64,000 bases of DNA from Thermoanaerobaculia bacterium (GCA_963816185.1 CAWFJJ010000024.1:6635-70634); one strand, 5' to 3'; positions 43,189 through 52,406 are shown, counted from the stretch's first letter. The notes: generated by a model from the sequence alone, not told the origin. A program made the numbers and translations.

Positions 43189-44190
43189 CTAGCTCTGCCA
43201 TATCTCCTCGAGAGAGAGCGCCGACGCCTCGGCGTCGACGACGCCTTCGAGCGCGGCGAAGCGGGCGAACGACTCGTCGCCGTAGTTCGAGACCACGGCC
43301 TCGATGCCCCAGCCGCGCACCTTCACCTTGACCGAGTCGAATGCGGACAGCTCCTGCCCATACGCCGCGGCGTCCTCCGTCGCCTCGTTCCCGTAGCGCA
43401 GGCGCCGGAAGCGCGCCTTGAGCGTCTCGAGGTCCTCGTCGACGACGAGCCTGCCGCCCTTGAGGATCCCGACGCGGTCGGCCATCTTCTCGACTCCCGC
43501 GAGGTCGTGCGACGTGAGGAGGACGGTCGTCCCCCGGTCGGCGAGCTCGCCCACGAGCTCGTCGAAGAACGCCGCGCGCGCCACGGCGTCGAGGCCGAGC
43601 GTCGGGTCGTCGAGGACGAGGAGGTCGGGCCAGGATGCGAGGGCGAGGGCCAGGGAAACGAGCGCCTTCTGGCCCTTCGAGAGGTTGCCATACGGAGCGG
43701 CGGCAGGCACGCCGAAGCGGGACAGGCGCGCCTCGACGGACTCCGCATCCCACGCGGGATAGACCTTCGCGCAGAACGCCGAGAGCTGGCGGGCGGTCAT
43801 GGACGGCGGCGCGTCCGGGTCCTCGGGTACGATGCCGACCTTCGCCATCAGGCGCGCGCGGTTCTTCCAGACGTCCTCGCCGAAGAGCGCGCACGAGCCG
43901 GCTGTCGGCTTCTGCTGGCCGAGGAGGCAGCGCACGAGGGAGGATTTCCCGGCGCCGTTCCGACCGAGTAGGGCATAGACGGAGCCACGGGGAATGGAGA
44001 AAGAGATTTCTTCGAGAGTGGGCTTCGGGTTGCCGCCGTACCTCACGAGAAGACGACGAACCTCGACGGCGGGCGCGGAAGATTTCTTCGAATGCGATTC
44101 CGCCGGGAAAGGCGCCGGCGCGCCCGAGCGACCCGCCGCGGCGGCCAGGTCCGCTGCCCGCGACGGTTCTGATCCGCGCATCGCGCTCAT
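43189..44190 (-). CDS. ABC transporter ATP-binding protein (second ATPase of a YtrA-type operon)
   Basis: Intact 333 aa: GSVYALLGRNGAGKSSLVRCLLG (Walker A), LSKGQKALVSLALAL (signature), LLVLDDPTLGLD (Walker B), TTVLLTSHD. Confidence 0.8.
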   Translation of the reverse strand: MSAMRGSEPSRAADLAAAAGRSGAPAPFPAESHSKKSSAPAVEVRRLLVRYGGNPKPTLEEISFSIPRGSVYALLGRNGAGKSSLVRCLLGQQKPTAGSCALFGEDVWKNRARLMAKVGIVPEDPDAPPSMTARQLSAFCAKVYPAWDAESVEARLSRFGVPAAAPYGNLSKGQKALVSLALALASWPDLLVLDDPTLGLDAVARAAFFDELVGELADRGTTVLLTSHDLAGVEKMADRVGILKGGRLVVDEDLETLKARFRRLRYGNEATEDAAAYGQELSAFDSVKVKVRGWGIEAVVSNYGDESFARFAALEGVVDAEASALSLEEIWQS

Positions 44191-44214
44191 GCGGCAACTC
44201 CCCTGCTTTTCCTT

Positions 44215-44619
44215 CTAAGAATCTTCATTTCTCTTCTTTCTAAGAAATCCCAAACTGCGTTTCACGCGCTCCACCGCCTCATCACTGGGCGCGCCGATCG
44301 TGACGGCGAGCGACGCGTACCGCATCGCACCTCCTTCGAGCTCCTTTTCGCGCTCGCCGCGCGGGAGAGCCGGCGGCCTGTCGGCGACGAACGTCCCCTC
44401 CCCGCGCTTGACGGCGAGGACTCCCGAGTCCACGAGGCGCTGGTAGCCCTTCGCGACCGTCGCCGGGTTGATCGACAGGTCGCGCGCGAGGTCGCGCACG
44501 GACGGCATGGCCGAGCCAGGCTTCATCGCGCCGGACGCCACGAGCCGCCGGACGTTCTCCTCGATCTGCTTCCAGAGGGGAACGGCGTCGGAAGGATCGA
44601 TGGAGAGGCTGCGGCTCAT
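44215..44619 (-). CDS. GntR-family (YtrA subfamily) transcriptional regulator
   Basis: MSRSLSIDPSDAVPLWKQIEENVRRLVASGAMKPGSAMPSVRDLARDLSINPATVAKGYQRLVDSGVLAVKRGEGTFV is a winged HTH with a short C-terminus (YtrA-like). It overlaps the upstream permease stop by 4 bp. Confidence 0.8.
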   Translation of the reverse strand: MSRSLSIDPSDAVPLWKQIEENVRRLVASGAMKPGSAMPSVRDLARDLSINPATVAKGYQRLVDSGVLAVKRGEGTFVADRPPALPRGEREKELEGGAMRYASLAVTIGAPSDEAVERVKRSLGFLRKKRNEDS

Positions 44620-45329
44620 ACGCGGACCTCCGCGTACGTGATCTCCCGCCGCTCGAGCACCCACGCGGCAAGAACAAGCGCAGCCGCGGTGACGAAGACG
44701 GTCACGAATAGCTCAGAGATGCCTACCGCCGGAGGAGAGCCCGAGGCCATGCCCCAGCCGGGGGCGAGGACGAACTGGAGACCGTCGCCCAACCGGATCC
44801 AAAAATCGTCGCGGTTGAAGAATCCGACCATGCGGGAGGTCTGAGCTGCAACCGAAGCGAGGCCCCACACGGCGAGATCCGAGAGCCCGCTTCCGAGCGC
44901 GGAAAGGAACAGGAGCACCGCCGAAGTTCCCGCCGCCGCGAGGATCCGTTCAAGGAGCCGCGGACCGAGCGCATCCGCCTCGAACGAGCCGTGGCAGACC
45001 CGGAGGATCAGAACGACGGCCAGGAGCTGCGCGGCGGAGAGGACGCCTGCTGTCGCCGTGACGGACGCCCACTTGCTTAGCGCATAGACCCAACGTTTGA
45101 TTGGTCGCGTGAACACTAGAGCGAGAACGCCGCTCGAGATGTCGAGACCCAAGATGCCGTTCGCGAGTGTCACGGCGAGGAGCGGATGGAAGAAGGAGAC
45201 GCTAGAGTTCGGCCGCGGGTCCACCAGGGCGATGGGGATCGGGAACAGGGCGAGGCCGAGCAGAGTTGCAACGCGGATGGGATTCGAGAGCCGCTCGCGC
45301 AGCGTGGCCGCGCAGATGTCGAGGTTCAT
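44616..45329 (-). CDS. Integral membrane protein, putative ABC-2-type permease component
   Basis: Intact 237 aa with ~6 TM helices; 4-bp overlaps with the flanking ATPase and GntR genes. Confidence 0.55.
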   Translation of the reverse strand: MNLDICAATLRERLSNPIRVATLLGLALFPIPIALVDPRPNSSVSFFHPLLAVTLANGILGLDISSGVLALVFTRPIKRWVYALSKWASVTATAGVLSAAQLLAVVLILRVCHGSFEADALGPRLLERILAAAGTSAVLLFLSALGSGLSDLAVWGLASVAAQTSRMVGFFNRDDFWIRLGDGLQFVLAPGWGMASGSPPAVGISELFVTVFVTAAALVLAAWVLERREITYAEVRV

Positions 45330-46075
45330 GCGACCGTTTCTCCGGCGCCCGCATCCTCGGGCTGGAAGAGGGACTCGAGCCGAACTCCCTCGGGAACGTC
45401 CGCGAGTCGCCCCGCGCGGAGGAAGAGGACGCGGTCCGAAACCCGCTCGACCTGTTCGAGCTGGTGCGAATTGAAGAGAATCGTCACGCCGTCGGCTTTA
45501 AGGCTCGCGAGGAGGCGGCGGACGAGGAGCACGCCGTGCGGGTCGACCCCTGACGTCGGCTCGTCGAGGAAGAGGAGACGCGGCCTTCCGACGAGCGCTT
45601 GCGCGAGCGCGAGGCGCTGGAGCATGCCCCGGGAATACGTTGAGATGCGTCGCCGCCGTGCCGACGGCTCGAGCTCCACGCGGTCGAACGTTTCGGCGAC
45701 ATCCGACTCCTGCGTCGCGCGAGGACGTCCCGCGAGGGCATGGTGGTAGGCCACGAAAGCCCGGCCGCTCATCCAGCGGTCGAAGGACAGGCGCTCGGGG
45801 ACGTATCCGACGAGGCGGTTAACCTCCGGTGTGCCGGGCCCTCCTCCGAGGATCCGGATTCGCCCCTCGTCCGGGAAGAGAAGTCCGAGCAGGCATCCGA
45901 GAAGCGTCGTCTTCCCGGCGCCGTTCGGGCCAACGAGGCCGAGGACGATGCCGGGCTTCACTTCGAACGACACGCCGGACAACGCGGGAACCGGCTTACC
46001 CGCATAGCGCTTCGTGAGGCCGGAGACGGCAATCGCGGGATCTGGAGCCGGTGCCGAATCAGTGTATCGCAACAC
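45326..46075 (-). CDS. ABC transporter ATP-binding protein (first gene of the operon)
   Basis: Intact 249 aa: GIVLGLVGPNGAGKTTLLGCLLG, YSRGMLQRLALAQAL, LLFLDEPTSGVD. GTG start at 46075. Confidence 0.8.
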   Translation of the reverse strand: MLRYTDSAPAPDPAIAVSGLTKRYAGKPVPALSGVSFEVKPGIVLGLVGPNGAGKTTLLGCLLGLLFPDEGRIRILGGGPGTPEVNRLVGYVPERLSFDRWMSGRAFVAYHHALAGRPRATQESDVAETFDRVELEPSARRRRISTYSRGMLQRLALAQALVGRPRLLFLDEPTSGVDPHGVLLVRRLLASLKADGVTILFNSHQLEQVERVSDRVLFLRAGRLADVPEGVRLESLFQPEDAGAGETVA

Positions 46076-46084
46076 TGATACACT
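46061..46084. promoter_or_regulatory. Perfect 8-bp inverted repeat AGTGTATC-N8-GATACACT overlapping the start of the ABC/GntR operon; candidate YtrA-type operator
   Basis: AGTGTATC (46061-46068), spacer GCAACACT, GATACACT (46077-46084). GntR/YtrA repressors bind palindromes at their own operon promoters. Confidence 0.4.
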
Positions 46085-46133
46085 ACGGACGCCGAGAGCC
46101 GTTTGTCAAGGATGCCGGAGAAAAGATCGATTC

Positions 46134-47375
46134 CTAGCCCGGGGCCCGCCCGGCCGCGAGCCGAGATGCGAGGTCGTCCAGGTGCGACGCGCGCAGCCGC
46201 GCCTCGGCCTCGGAGATCGTCCCCGCCTGCACGAGTGCGGCGAGCGAGTCCTCCATCGTCATCATCCCGAAACGCTTTCCGAGCGTCAGCTCCGTGTGAA
46301 TCTGGTGGAACGAGCCCCGGCGGATGTGGGCGCGGATGGGGTCGGTCGCGACGAGGATCTCCACGGCGGCCGCGCGGCCGGATCCGTCCTTCTTCGGGAC
46401 GAGCTGCTGGCAGACGATGGCCGACAGTGCGAGCGAGAGCTGGTGCTTCACCTGCCCCTGCTGCTCGGCCGGGAAGATGTCCAGGATCCGGTTGATCGTC
46501 TGCGGGACGTCGTTCGTATGGAGCGTCGTGAGCACGAGGTGGCCGGTCTCGGCGGCCGTCACGGCGGCGCGCGTGGTCTCGAGATCCCGCATCTCGCCCA
46601 CGAGAATCACGTCGGGGTCCTGGCGGAGCGCGGCGACGAGCGCCGAGGCGAAGTCCGGCACGTCGACTCCCACCTCGACCTGCTCGACGAGCGATTTCGC
46701 ATGGGTGTGCTCGTATTCGACGGGGTCTTCGATGGTCACGATGTGCCGCCTCTCCGTCCGGTTCATGCGGTCCACGAGGGCCGCGAGGGTCGTCGTCTTG
46801 CCGGAGCCGGTCGCGCCCGTCACGAGGATGAGGCCGCGCGCGGCTTTCGTCAGGTCGTAGAGCATCTCCGGCAGACCGAGCTCGGAGAGAGAAGGGACGC
46901 GCTTGGGCAAAACTCGCAAGGCCGCCGCGACCCCCCGCCGCGTGCGGTGGAGGTTCACGCGGAAGCGGCCGAGGCCCGCGAGGTGGAGCGAGAGGTCCAC
47001 GACGCCCGTCTCGTGATAACGGCGGCGCCGGTCGCCGGAAAGCGACGGCGAAAGGAGATCGAACACCTCCTGCGCCGAGATCGACTCTCCTCCGCCCGCC
47101 CTTTCGAGAGAGCCGTGCATCCGCACGACCGGCGAAGCGCCGGGCACGAGGAGGAGATCCGTTGCGCCGCGGCGGACGGTCTCCGAGAGAAGAGCCACGA
47201 GGACGGGAGGGATCTCGTCCGCGCCCGCCGGTGAGATCTTCGCGGGCAGATCGAGCTCGGGCGCCGGCTCCTCGGGACGCACGAGCTCCAGCTCGGGCTC
47301 GGCGGCGCCGCGCCGGTCGGAACCGGCGCCCTGATTCAGCGACCGGATCAGCTTGTTCAGCTCGTCCGTATCCAC
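46134..47375 (-). CDS. pilT: Type IV pilus retraction ATPase PilT (PilT/PilU family)
   Basis: Intact 413 aa: LILVTGATGSGKTTTLAALVD (Walker A), HIVTIEDPVEY, VILVGEMRDLET, HLVLTTLHTNDVPQTINRI. Confidence 0.85.
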   Translation of the reverse strand: MDTDELNKLIRSLNQGAGSDRRGAAEPELELVRPEEPAPELDLPAKISPAGADEIPPVLVALLSETVRRGATDLLLVPGASPVVRMHGSLERAGGGESISAQEVFDLLSPSLSGDRRRRYHETGVVDLSLHLAGLGRFRVNLHRTRRGVAAALRVLPKRVPSLSELGLPEMLYDLTKAARGLILVTGATGSGKTTTLAALVDRMNRTERRHIVTIEDPVEYEHTHAKSLVEQVEVGVDVPDFASALVAALRQDPDVILVGEMRDLETTRAAVTAAETGHLVLTTLHTNDVPQTINRILDIFPAEQQGQVKHQLSLALSAIVCQQLVPKKDGSGRAAAVEILVATDPIRAHIRRGSFHQIHTELTLGKRFGMMTMEDSLAALVQAGTISEAEARLRASHLDDLASRLAAGRAPG

Positions 47376-47412
47376 GGGTGAATTCTACGGACGTCCCGCG
47401 GCTCCCGCCTCG

Positions 47413-48252
47413 TCAGGAGCCGGTCTTTCGCCTGAGCTCGTCGAAGGCGAGGAGGTCGGACAGGAATTTCGGGAGGGTCGCGAGCGGGAGCTGCGTGGCG
47501 CGGTCGGACTTCGCGTGTGCAGGATCGTCGTGGACCTCGAAGAAGTAGCCGTCCACGCCGACCGCCGCCGCCGCGCGGGCGAGGGCGGGCGCGTACTCGC
47601 GGGAGCCGCCCGTCTCGGTCCCGAGCCCGCCGGGGAGCTGGAGGGAGTGCGTCGCGTCGTAGACGACGGGCACGCCGAGAGCGCGCATCATGGGAAGGCC
47701 GCGGAAATCCACGACCAGGTTGTGGTAGCCGAAAGTCGTCCCGCGCTCGGTGAGCGTCACGTTCGAGTTGCCCTTCGCCCGGCATTTCTCGACGATCTGC
47801 CTGCAGTCGTCCGGCGCGAGGAACTGACCCTTCTTCACGTTCAAGGCCCTCTTCGTCGCGGCGGCGGCTTCGATGAGATCCGTCTGCCGGCAGAGGAACG
47901 CCGGGATCTGGAGGACGTCGGCGACCTCCGCGGCGATCGCGCATTGCTCGGGCTCGTGGACGTCCGTCAGGATCGGCAGGTCGGTCTTTTCCTTCACCTC
48001 GGACAGGATCGAGAGGCCCCGCTCGATGCCGGGGCCGCGAAAAGAGGCGCCCGCGCTGCGGTTCGCCTTGTCGAACGAAGACTTGTAAACGAGCCGGTCG
48101 GCCGCGCCGCAGCCCTCGAAGACCTGCTTGATCGCCTTCGCCATCTTCAAAGCGTGCGCACGTGACTCAATCACGCACGGGCCCGCGAAGAAGACGGGCC
48201 GGCAGCGATCCCCGACGGAGAGGTGAGGCGTGATCGAGACGAAGACCTTCAC
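47413..48252 (-). CDS. kdsA: 3-deoxy-8-phosphooctulonate synthase
   Basis: PVFFAGPCVIESRAHALKMAKAIKQV...LVYKSSFDKANRSAGASFRGPG...VPVVYDATHSLQLPGG. The track ORF starts at 48324, but that would overlap the divergent gene at 48291; GTG 48252 (VKVFVS...) is more likely. Confidence 0.75.
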   Translation of the reverse strand: MKVFVSITPHLSVGDRCRPVFFAGPCVIESRAHALKMAKAIKQVFEGCGAADRLVYKSSFDKANRSAGASFRGPGIERGLSILSEVKEKTDLPILTDVHEPEQCAIAAEVADVLQIPAFLCRQTDLIEAAAATKRALNVKKGQFLAPDDCRQIVEKCRAKGNSNVTLTERGTTFGYHNLVVDFRGLPMMRALGVPVVYDATHSLQLPGGLGTETGGSREYAPALARAAAAVGVDGYFFEVHDDPAHAKSDRATQLPLATLPKFLSDLLAFDELRRKTGS

Positions 48253-48290
48253 CGCGTCGATGTTACAGAATGTGGGGACCGGGAGGTCCG

Positions 48291-48779
48291 ATGGCGATCC
48301 GCATTCTCGTGACGGGCGGGACATTCGACAAGGAGTACGACGAGCTGACGGGCCGTCTCTTCTTCAAGGACACCCACATCCAGGAAATGCTCCGGCTCGG
48401 CCGCTGCCGGGTGCCGGTGGCCGTCGAGACCCTGATGATGATCGACAGCCTCGAAATGACGTCGGCCGACCGCGAGACGATCGTGCGCCGCTGCCGCGAG
48501 GCCTCCGAGAGCTGGATCGTCATCACGCACGGCACCGACACGATGGTCGAGACCGCCGCGCCTCTCGCCGCCGCCGAGACGGGGAAGACGATCATTTTGA
48601 CCGGCGCGATGGTGCCGTGGGCGTTCGGAAGCTCCGACGGGCTCTTCAACCTCGGAAGCGCGCTTTCCTTCGTCCAGTCGCTCCCGGCCGGCGTCTACGT
48701 CGCGATGAACGGCCGCTGTTTTGCGTGGAACAACGTCCGGAAAGACCGCGTCTCGGGGGTCTTCGAGGCCATCCGCTGA
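48291..48779 (+). CDS. Asparaginase/glutaminase N-terminal-domain-only protein (~160 aa)
   Basis: MAIRILVTGGTFDKEYDELTGRLFF...WIVITHGTDTMVETAAPLAAAETGKTIILTGAMVPW resembles the asparaginase N-domain (TGGT.. threonine motif) but the protein stops after ~160 aa. Confidence 0.45.
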   Translation: MAIRILVTGGTFDKEYDELTGRLFFKDTHIQEMLRLGRCRVPVAVETLMMIDSLEMTSADRETIVRRCREASESWIVITHGTDTMVETAAPLAAAETGKTIILTGAMVPWAFGSSDGLFNLGSALSFVQSLPAGVYVAMNGRCFAWNNVRKDRVSGVFEAIR

Positions 48780-48857
48780 GCGTGAGCGGCGCCACGTTTC
48801 CGCGACGACGCGGCGCGAGTTTTGCGTCGAAAACCCCGAGAGGTGAAAAAGTTACAA

Positions 48858-49447
48858 TGAGGAAGAGGCAGATGCAACGTCGTTCGTCGATTCTGGTGCT
48901 CGTGGTCGCGTCCGCTCTGCTCTCCTCGGCGAACTTCGTCCGGGCCGCCGAGCCGAAGCCGATCGAGACCTACACCGCGTTCGCGGCGAGTCTCGGAACC
49001 GGAAAGACCGCGGTGATCGACATCGCCGTCAGCCGCTGGTCGACGGACCAGGAGCGGGAGATGCTTCTGGCCACGCTCCAGGAGTTCGGCCGAGACAAGC
49101 TCGTGGACACGCTCCAGAAGCTCAAGCCGGTCGGCACGATCCGCGCGTCCAACTCCCTCGGCTATGATCTCTATTACGCCCGCGAGCACAAGGCGGCGGA
49201 CGGCAGCCGGCGCGTGGTCCTCGCGACGAACCGGCGCGTGTCGTTCCGCGAGCTCGCGAACAACCTGCGCTCGAAGGACTTCCAGCTCACGCTCATCGAG
49301 ATTCACTTGGGCCCGGACGGGAAGGGCGAGGGCAAGCTCGTGCCCGCGGCGAAGGTCACTTGGGACAAGGAATCGAAGAGAATCGAGATCGAGAACTACA
49401 GCGCGCTCCCGGTCGACCTGTTACAGGTCATCGCGAAGAAGCCCTGA
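48858..49447 (+). CDS. Hypothetical secreted protein
   Basis: MRKRQMQRRSSILVLVVASALLSSANFVRAAEP signal peptide; ~196 aa; no family recognised. Confidence 0.4.
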
Positions 49448-49482
49448 CAGCCGGGTGCCGCATCCGGCCTCAGAATGGGGCC

Positions 49483-51153
49483 GTGCACAAGGCCCCGGCG
49501 TCCCCGTTCACGACCCTCGGCCTCGACGCGCGCCTCGTGAGCGCGCTCGTGGCGCTGGGCTACGAGGAGCCCACGCCGATCCAGAGCGCGGCGATCCCAC
49601 GGCTCCTCGAAGGGCGCGACGTTTTCGCGCAGGCAGCCACCGGAACGGGGAAGACTGCCGCATTCGCGCTCCCGATCCTCCATCGCATCGGAGCGGAGGC
49701 CGAGCGGGGGGTCGCGCCTTCGGCCCTCGTCCTCGTGCCGACCCGCGAGCTCGCGATGCAGCTCGCCGAGGCCGTGCACCGGTACGGCCGGGGGATCGGG
49801 ATCCGTGTCCTCCCCGTCTACGGGGGCGCGTCGATGGAGACGCAGCTCCGGGCCCTGAAGCGCGGGGTGGACGTCGTCGTCGCAACGCCCGGGCGCGCGC
49901 TCGACCACGTGAACCGCCGCTCGCTGGTTCTCGGAAGCGTCCGCACGCTCGTTCTCGACGAGGCCGACGAGATGCTGGACATGGGGTTTGCCGAGGACCT
50001 CGACGCGATCCTCGCGGCGACTCCGAAGGCGCGGCAGACGGCTCTGTTTTCCGCCACGCTTCCGCCGCGCATCGCGACTCTCGCCGCCCGCCATCTCCGC
50101 GAGCCGGTCCGGATCGAGATCGAGAAGGAGAAGACCGCGCCGGGGAAGATGCCGAAGGTCCGGCAGACGGCGTACGTCGTCGCCCGAGGCCACAAGCGCG
50201 CGGCGCTCGCACGCATCCTCGACCTCGAGAGCCCCGCAGGGGCGCTCGTCTTCTGCCGCACGCGTCTCGAGGTCGACGACCTGACCGAGAGCCTCAAGGG
50301 ACGCGGGATGCGCGTGGAGGCGATGCACGGCGGGATGTCTCAGGAGCAGCGCGACCGCGTGATGACGAAATTCCGCGCGGGGACGCTCGAGCTTCTCGTC
50401 GCCACCGACGTCGCGGCGCGCGGCCTCGACATCGGGCACCTCTCGCACGTCGTCAACTTCGACGTGCCGTCCTCGCCCGAGGTCTACGTCCACCGGATCG
50501 GCCGGACGGGCCGCGCCGGGAGGGAAGGCGTCGCCATCACGCTCGCCGAACCGCGCGAGCACTGGCAGCTTCGCAACATCGAGCGCCTGACAAAGCAGAA
50601 GATCGAGGTCGCGAACGTCCCCACGGTCGCCGACCTTCGCGCGAAGCGCCTCGAGCTGACGCGGGCGTCTCTCCGCGAGTCGATCCTCTCGGGCGGGCTC
50701 GAGGACTATCGCGTCGTCGTCGAGTCCCTCGCGGAGGAGTTCGACCCCATGGACGTGGCCGCGGCCGCCGTGAAGCTGGCGGACCCTTCCGCGGCTGGCT
50801 CGGGCTCGGTTGCGGACGAGCACGAGATTCCCGCGATTGCCGCGCCTCCTCCTCCGCGCGCGGCGAAGGCCGGGACGAAGTACAAGTCCGGGGGCAGGGA
50901 GCCGGGCGGCTCGGCGAGCATTTTCATCGGAGCGGGCCGGGCCGCGGGCGTCCGGCCCGGAGATCTCGTGGGCGCGATCGTCAACGAAGCCAAGGTGAGT
51001 CCCCGCGACGTGGGCTCGATCCAGATCGCCGAGCGGTTCTCGCTCGTGGAGGTGCCGGAAAGAATCGCCGAGTCCGTCATGCGCGCTCTCCGCGGCACGA
51101 TGATTCGCGGTCAGAAGGTGGTCGTGAGGCGCGACAAGGATGCGGGGCGCTGA
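49483..51153 (+). CDS. DEAD-box ATP-dependent RNA helicase with C-terminal DbpA-type RNA-binding domain (DeaD/CsdA-like)
   Basis: Q-motif FTTLGLDARLVSALVALGYEEPTPIQ, AQAATGTGKTAAF (motif I), PTRELA, LVLDEADEMLDMGF (DEAD), SAT, HRIGRTGRAG. The C-terminus ...GVRPGDLVGAIVNEAKVSPRDVGSIQIAERFSLVEV is DbpA-like. The start is approximate (GTG 49483). Confidence 0.8.
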   Translation: MHKAPASPFTTLGLDARLVSALVALGYEEPTPIQSAAIPRLLEGRDVFAQAATGTGKTAAFALPILHRIGAEAERGVAPSALVLVPTRELAMQLAEAVHRYGRGIGIRVLPVYGGASMETQLRALKRGVDVVVATPGRALDHVNRRSLVLGSVRTLVLDEADEMLDMGFAEDLDAILAATPKARQTALFSATLPPRIATLAARHLREPVRIEIEKEKTAPGKMPKVRQTAYVVARGHKRAALARILDLESPAGALVFCRTRLEVDDLTESLKGRGMRVEAMHGGMSQEQRDRVMTKFRAGTLELLVATDVAARGLDIGHLSHVVNFDVPSSPEVYVHRIGRTGRAGREGVAITLAEPREHWQLRNIERLTKQKIEVANVPTVADLRAKRLELTRASLRESILSGGLEDYRVVVESLAEEFDPMDVAAAAVKLADPSAAGSGSVADEHEIPAIAAPPPPRAAKAGTKYKSGGREPGGSASIFIGAGRAAGVRPGDLVGAIVNEAKVSPRDVGSIQIAERFSLVEVPERIAESVMRALRGTMIRGQKVVVRRDKDAGR

Positions 51154-51155
51154 GC

Positions 51156-51995
51156 ATGGCCGTTTCTTCCGTCGCCGCCGCCGGTCTCGCCTTCGCGATC
51201 GCTCTTGCGGACGGCGGGAAGTCCGTGCCGATCGACCGATTCACGCTGAAGGTGCCCGGCGTGAAGGGCGCTCTCGTCCTTTCGTTAGAAGGCGTCGACC
51301 TCATCGGCGGCGCCGTCGTCGCGCCCGTGCGCCTCGCGAACGAGACGGACTTCGACGTCCTTTCGCCGAGGATCGACCTCGTTTCCGTCACCGAGACGCG
51401 GCGCGAAGGCGGACGCGACGTGGCGCGCGCGCTCGATGCCGCGGCGCCTTTGCCGCCCGCCTGGGACCTGCTTCGCAAGAGGACGGACGCCGCGGGGCAG
51501 CTCTTTCGGGCCTCTCCGGTCGGGTTCTCTCCGGACACCTCGCTCGTCGTGATCCTCGGGGCCGTGAGCGGCGCCCTCGCAGTGGGATCGTTCGAGGTCG
51601 AGGGTGCGAGAAACCCCGCCCGGCTCGACATCGATTCCGGCTCGCTCTTCGTCACGGACGCGTCGGGACGCATCGTCAGGTGCGCGCTCGACGGGCGCGG
51701 CGCCGCGGAAGTGAAGCAGCGGCCCCCGCAGAGGAGTGACCCGGCGGGAGGACCGTGCGCGCGAGCGCGCGTCCAGGCCCTCGTGTGCCGCACGGCGCCC
51801 GACGGCGGCGCCTGGGCGATCGAGGGGCGCGAAGTGACGCAGCTCGATGCCGAGGGAGGGAGAGTGCGTTCATTCCCCCCCGGGGGCGAAGGCCCGCCGG
51901 TCGCGCTGGCGCTCGGCCCGGACGGAAGGCTTTACGTGGCGACGGCGGGCGAAGGTGGAAGCAGCGGGTCCGTGCGGATCTTCAGGCCCTTCTGA
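51156..51995 (+). CDS. Hypothetical protein, translationally coupled to the helicase
   Basis: ATG sits 2 nt after the helicase TGA; 279 aa; N-terminus MAVSSVAAAGLAFAIALADGG is signal-like; C-terminus ...LGPDGRLYVATAGEGGSSGSVRIF. No family recognised. Confidence 0.4.
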   Translation: MAVSSVAAAGLAFAIALADGGKSVPIDRFTLKVPGVKGALVLSLEGVDLIGGAVVAPVRLANETDFDVLSPRIDLVSVTETRREGGRDVARALDAAAPLPPAWDLLRKRTDAAGQLFRASPVGFSPDTSLVVILGAVSGALAVGSFEVEGARNPARLDIDSGSLFVTDASGRIVRCALDGRGAAEVKQRPPQRSDPAGGPCARARVQALVCRTAPDGGAWAIEGREVTQLDAEGGRVRSFPPGGEGPPVALALGPDGRLYVATAGEGGSSGSVRIFRPF

Positions 51996-51998
51996 CGG

Positions 51999-52406
51999 CT
52001 ACTTTTTCAGGAGCAGATTGAAGTCCGCACGATAGAACGTGCGGCCCTGTCCGTCGCGCCGCGTCGGAATGACGAAGAGCGGGAAGCGGCCCATCTTCTC
52101 CTGCTCGACGGTATACGTGCCCTCGGCGAGGCGCTCGCCTCCGGGCGCGACGAACGTGAGCGAGAACTGGTGCGTTCCGTTCGAAGAAGGTTTCTCGTCG
52201 TACGCCTCGAGGACGACGTCGATCGAGCCCCGTGAATCGGCCGTCTGGACGTGAAACGTCCGGCCGACGTATTGCGCGAAGTTGCGGACCGGCGTGATCG
52301 AGCCCATCGCGCCCACGGCCTTCGTGGCCGCCGACAGCGGACGGACCGCCGCGCCGACGACACCGGTCACGACCGTGAAGAGGAATTTCTTGCGGGTGAT
52401 TTTCAT
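51999..52406 (-). CDS. Small secreted protein of unknown function (family ending ...Y.A.FN); paralog of 52446-52742
   Basis: MKITRKKFLFTVVTGVVGAAVRPLSAATKAVGA signal, then ...HQFSLTFVAPGGERLAEGTYTVEQEKMGRFPLFVIPTRRDGQGRTFYRADFN. Confidence 0.45.
   Translation of the reverse strand: MKITRKKFLFTVVTGVVGAAVRPLSAATKAVGAMGSITPVRNFAQYVGRTFHVQTADSRGSIDVVLEAYDEKPSSNGTHQFSLTFVAPGGERLAEGTYTVEQEKMGRFPLFVIPTRRDGQGRTFYRADFNLLLKK

Noticed and set aside
43109-44197. 362-aa minus-strand Arg-rich ORF
   Set aside because: Alternate frame of the intact ABC ATPase gene (43189-44190).
46014-47234. 406-aa plus-strand ORF
   Set aside because: Antisense of pilT, which is intact and strongly conserved.
49164-51995. 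943-aa Arg-rich ORF overlapping the helicase
   Set aside because: Alternate frame of a >70% GC region. The low-complexity R/G/A/P composition is typical of spurious high-GC frames, while the real genes (DEAD-box helicase and a downstream hypothetical) are in another frame.
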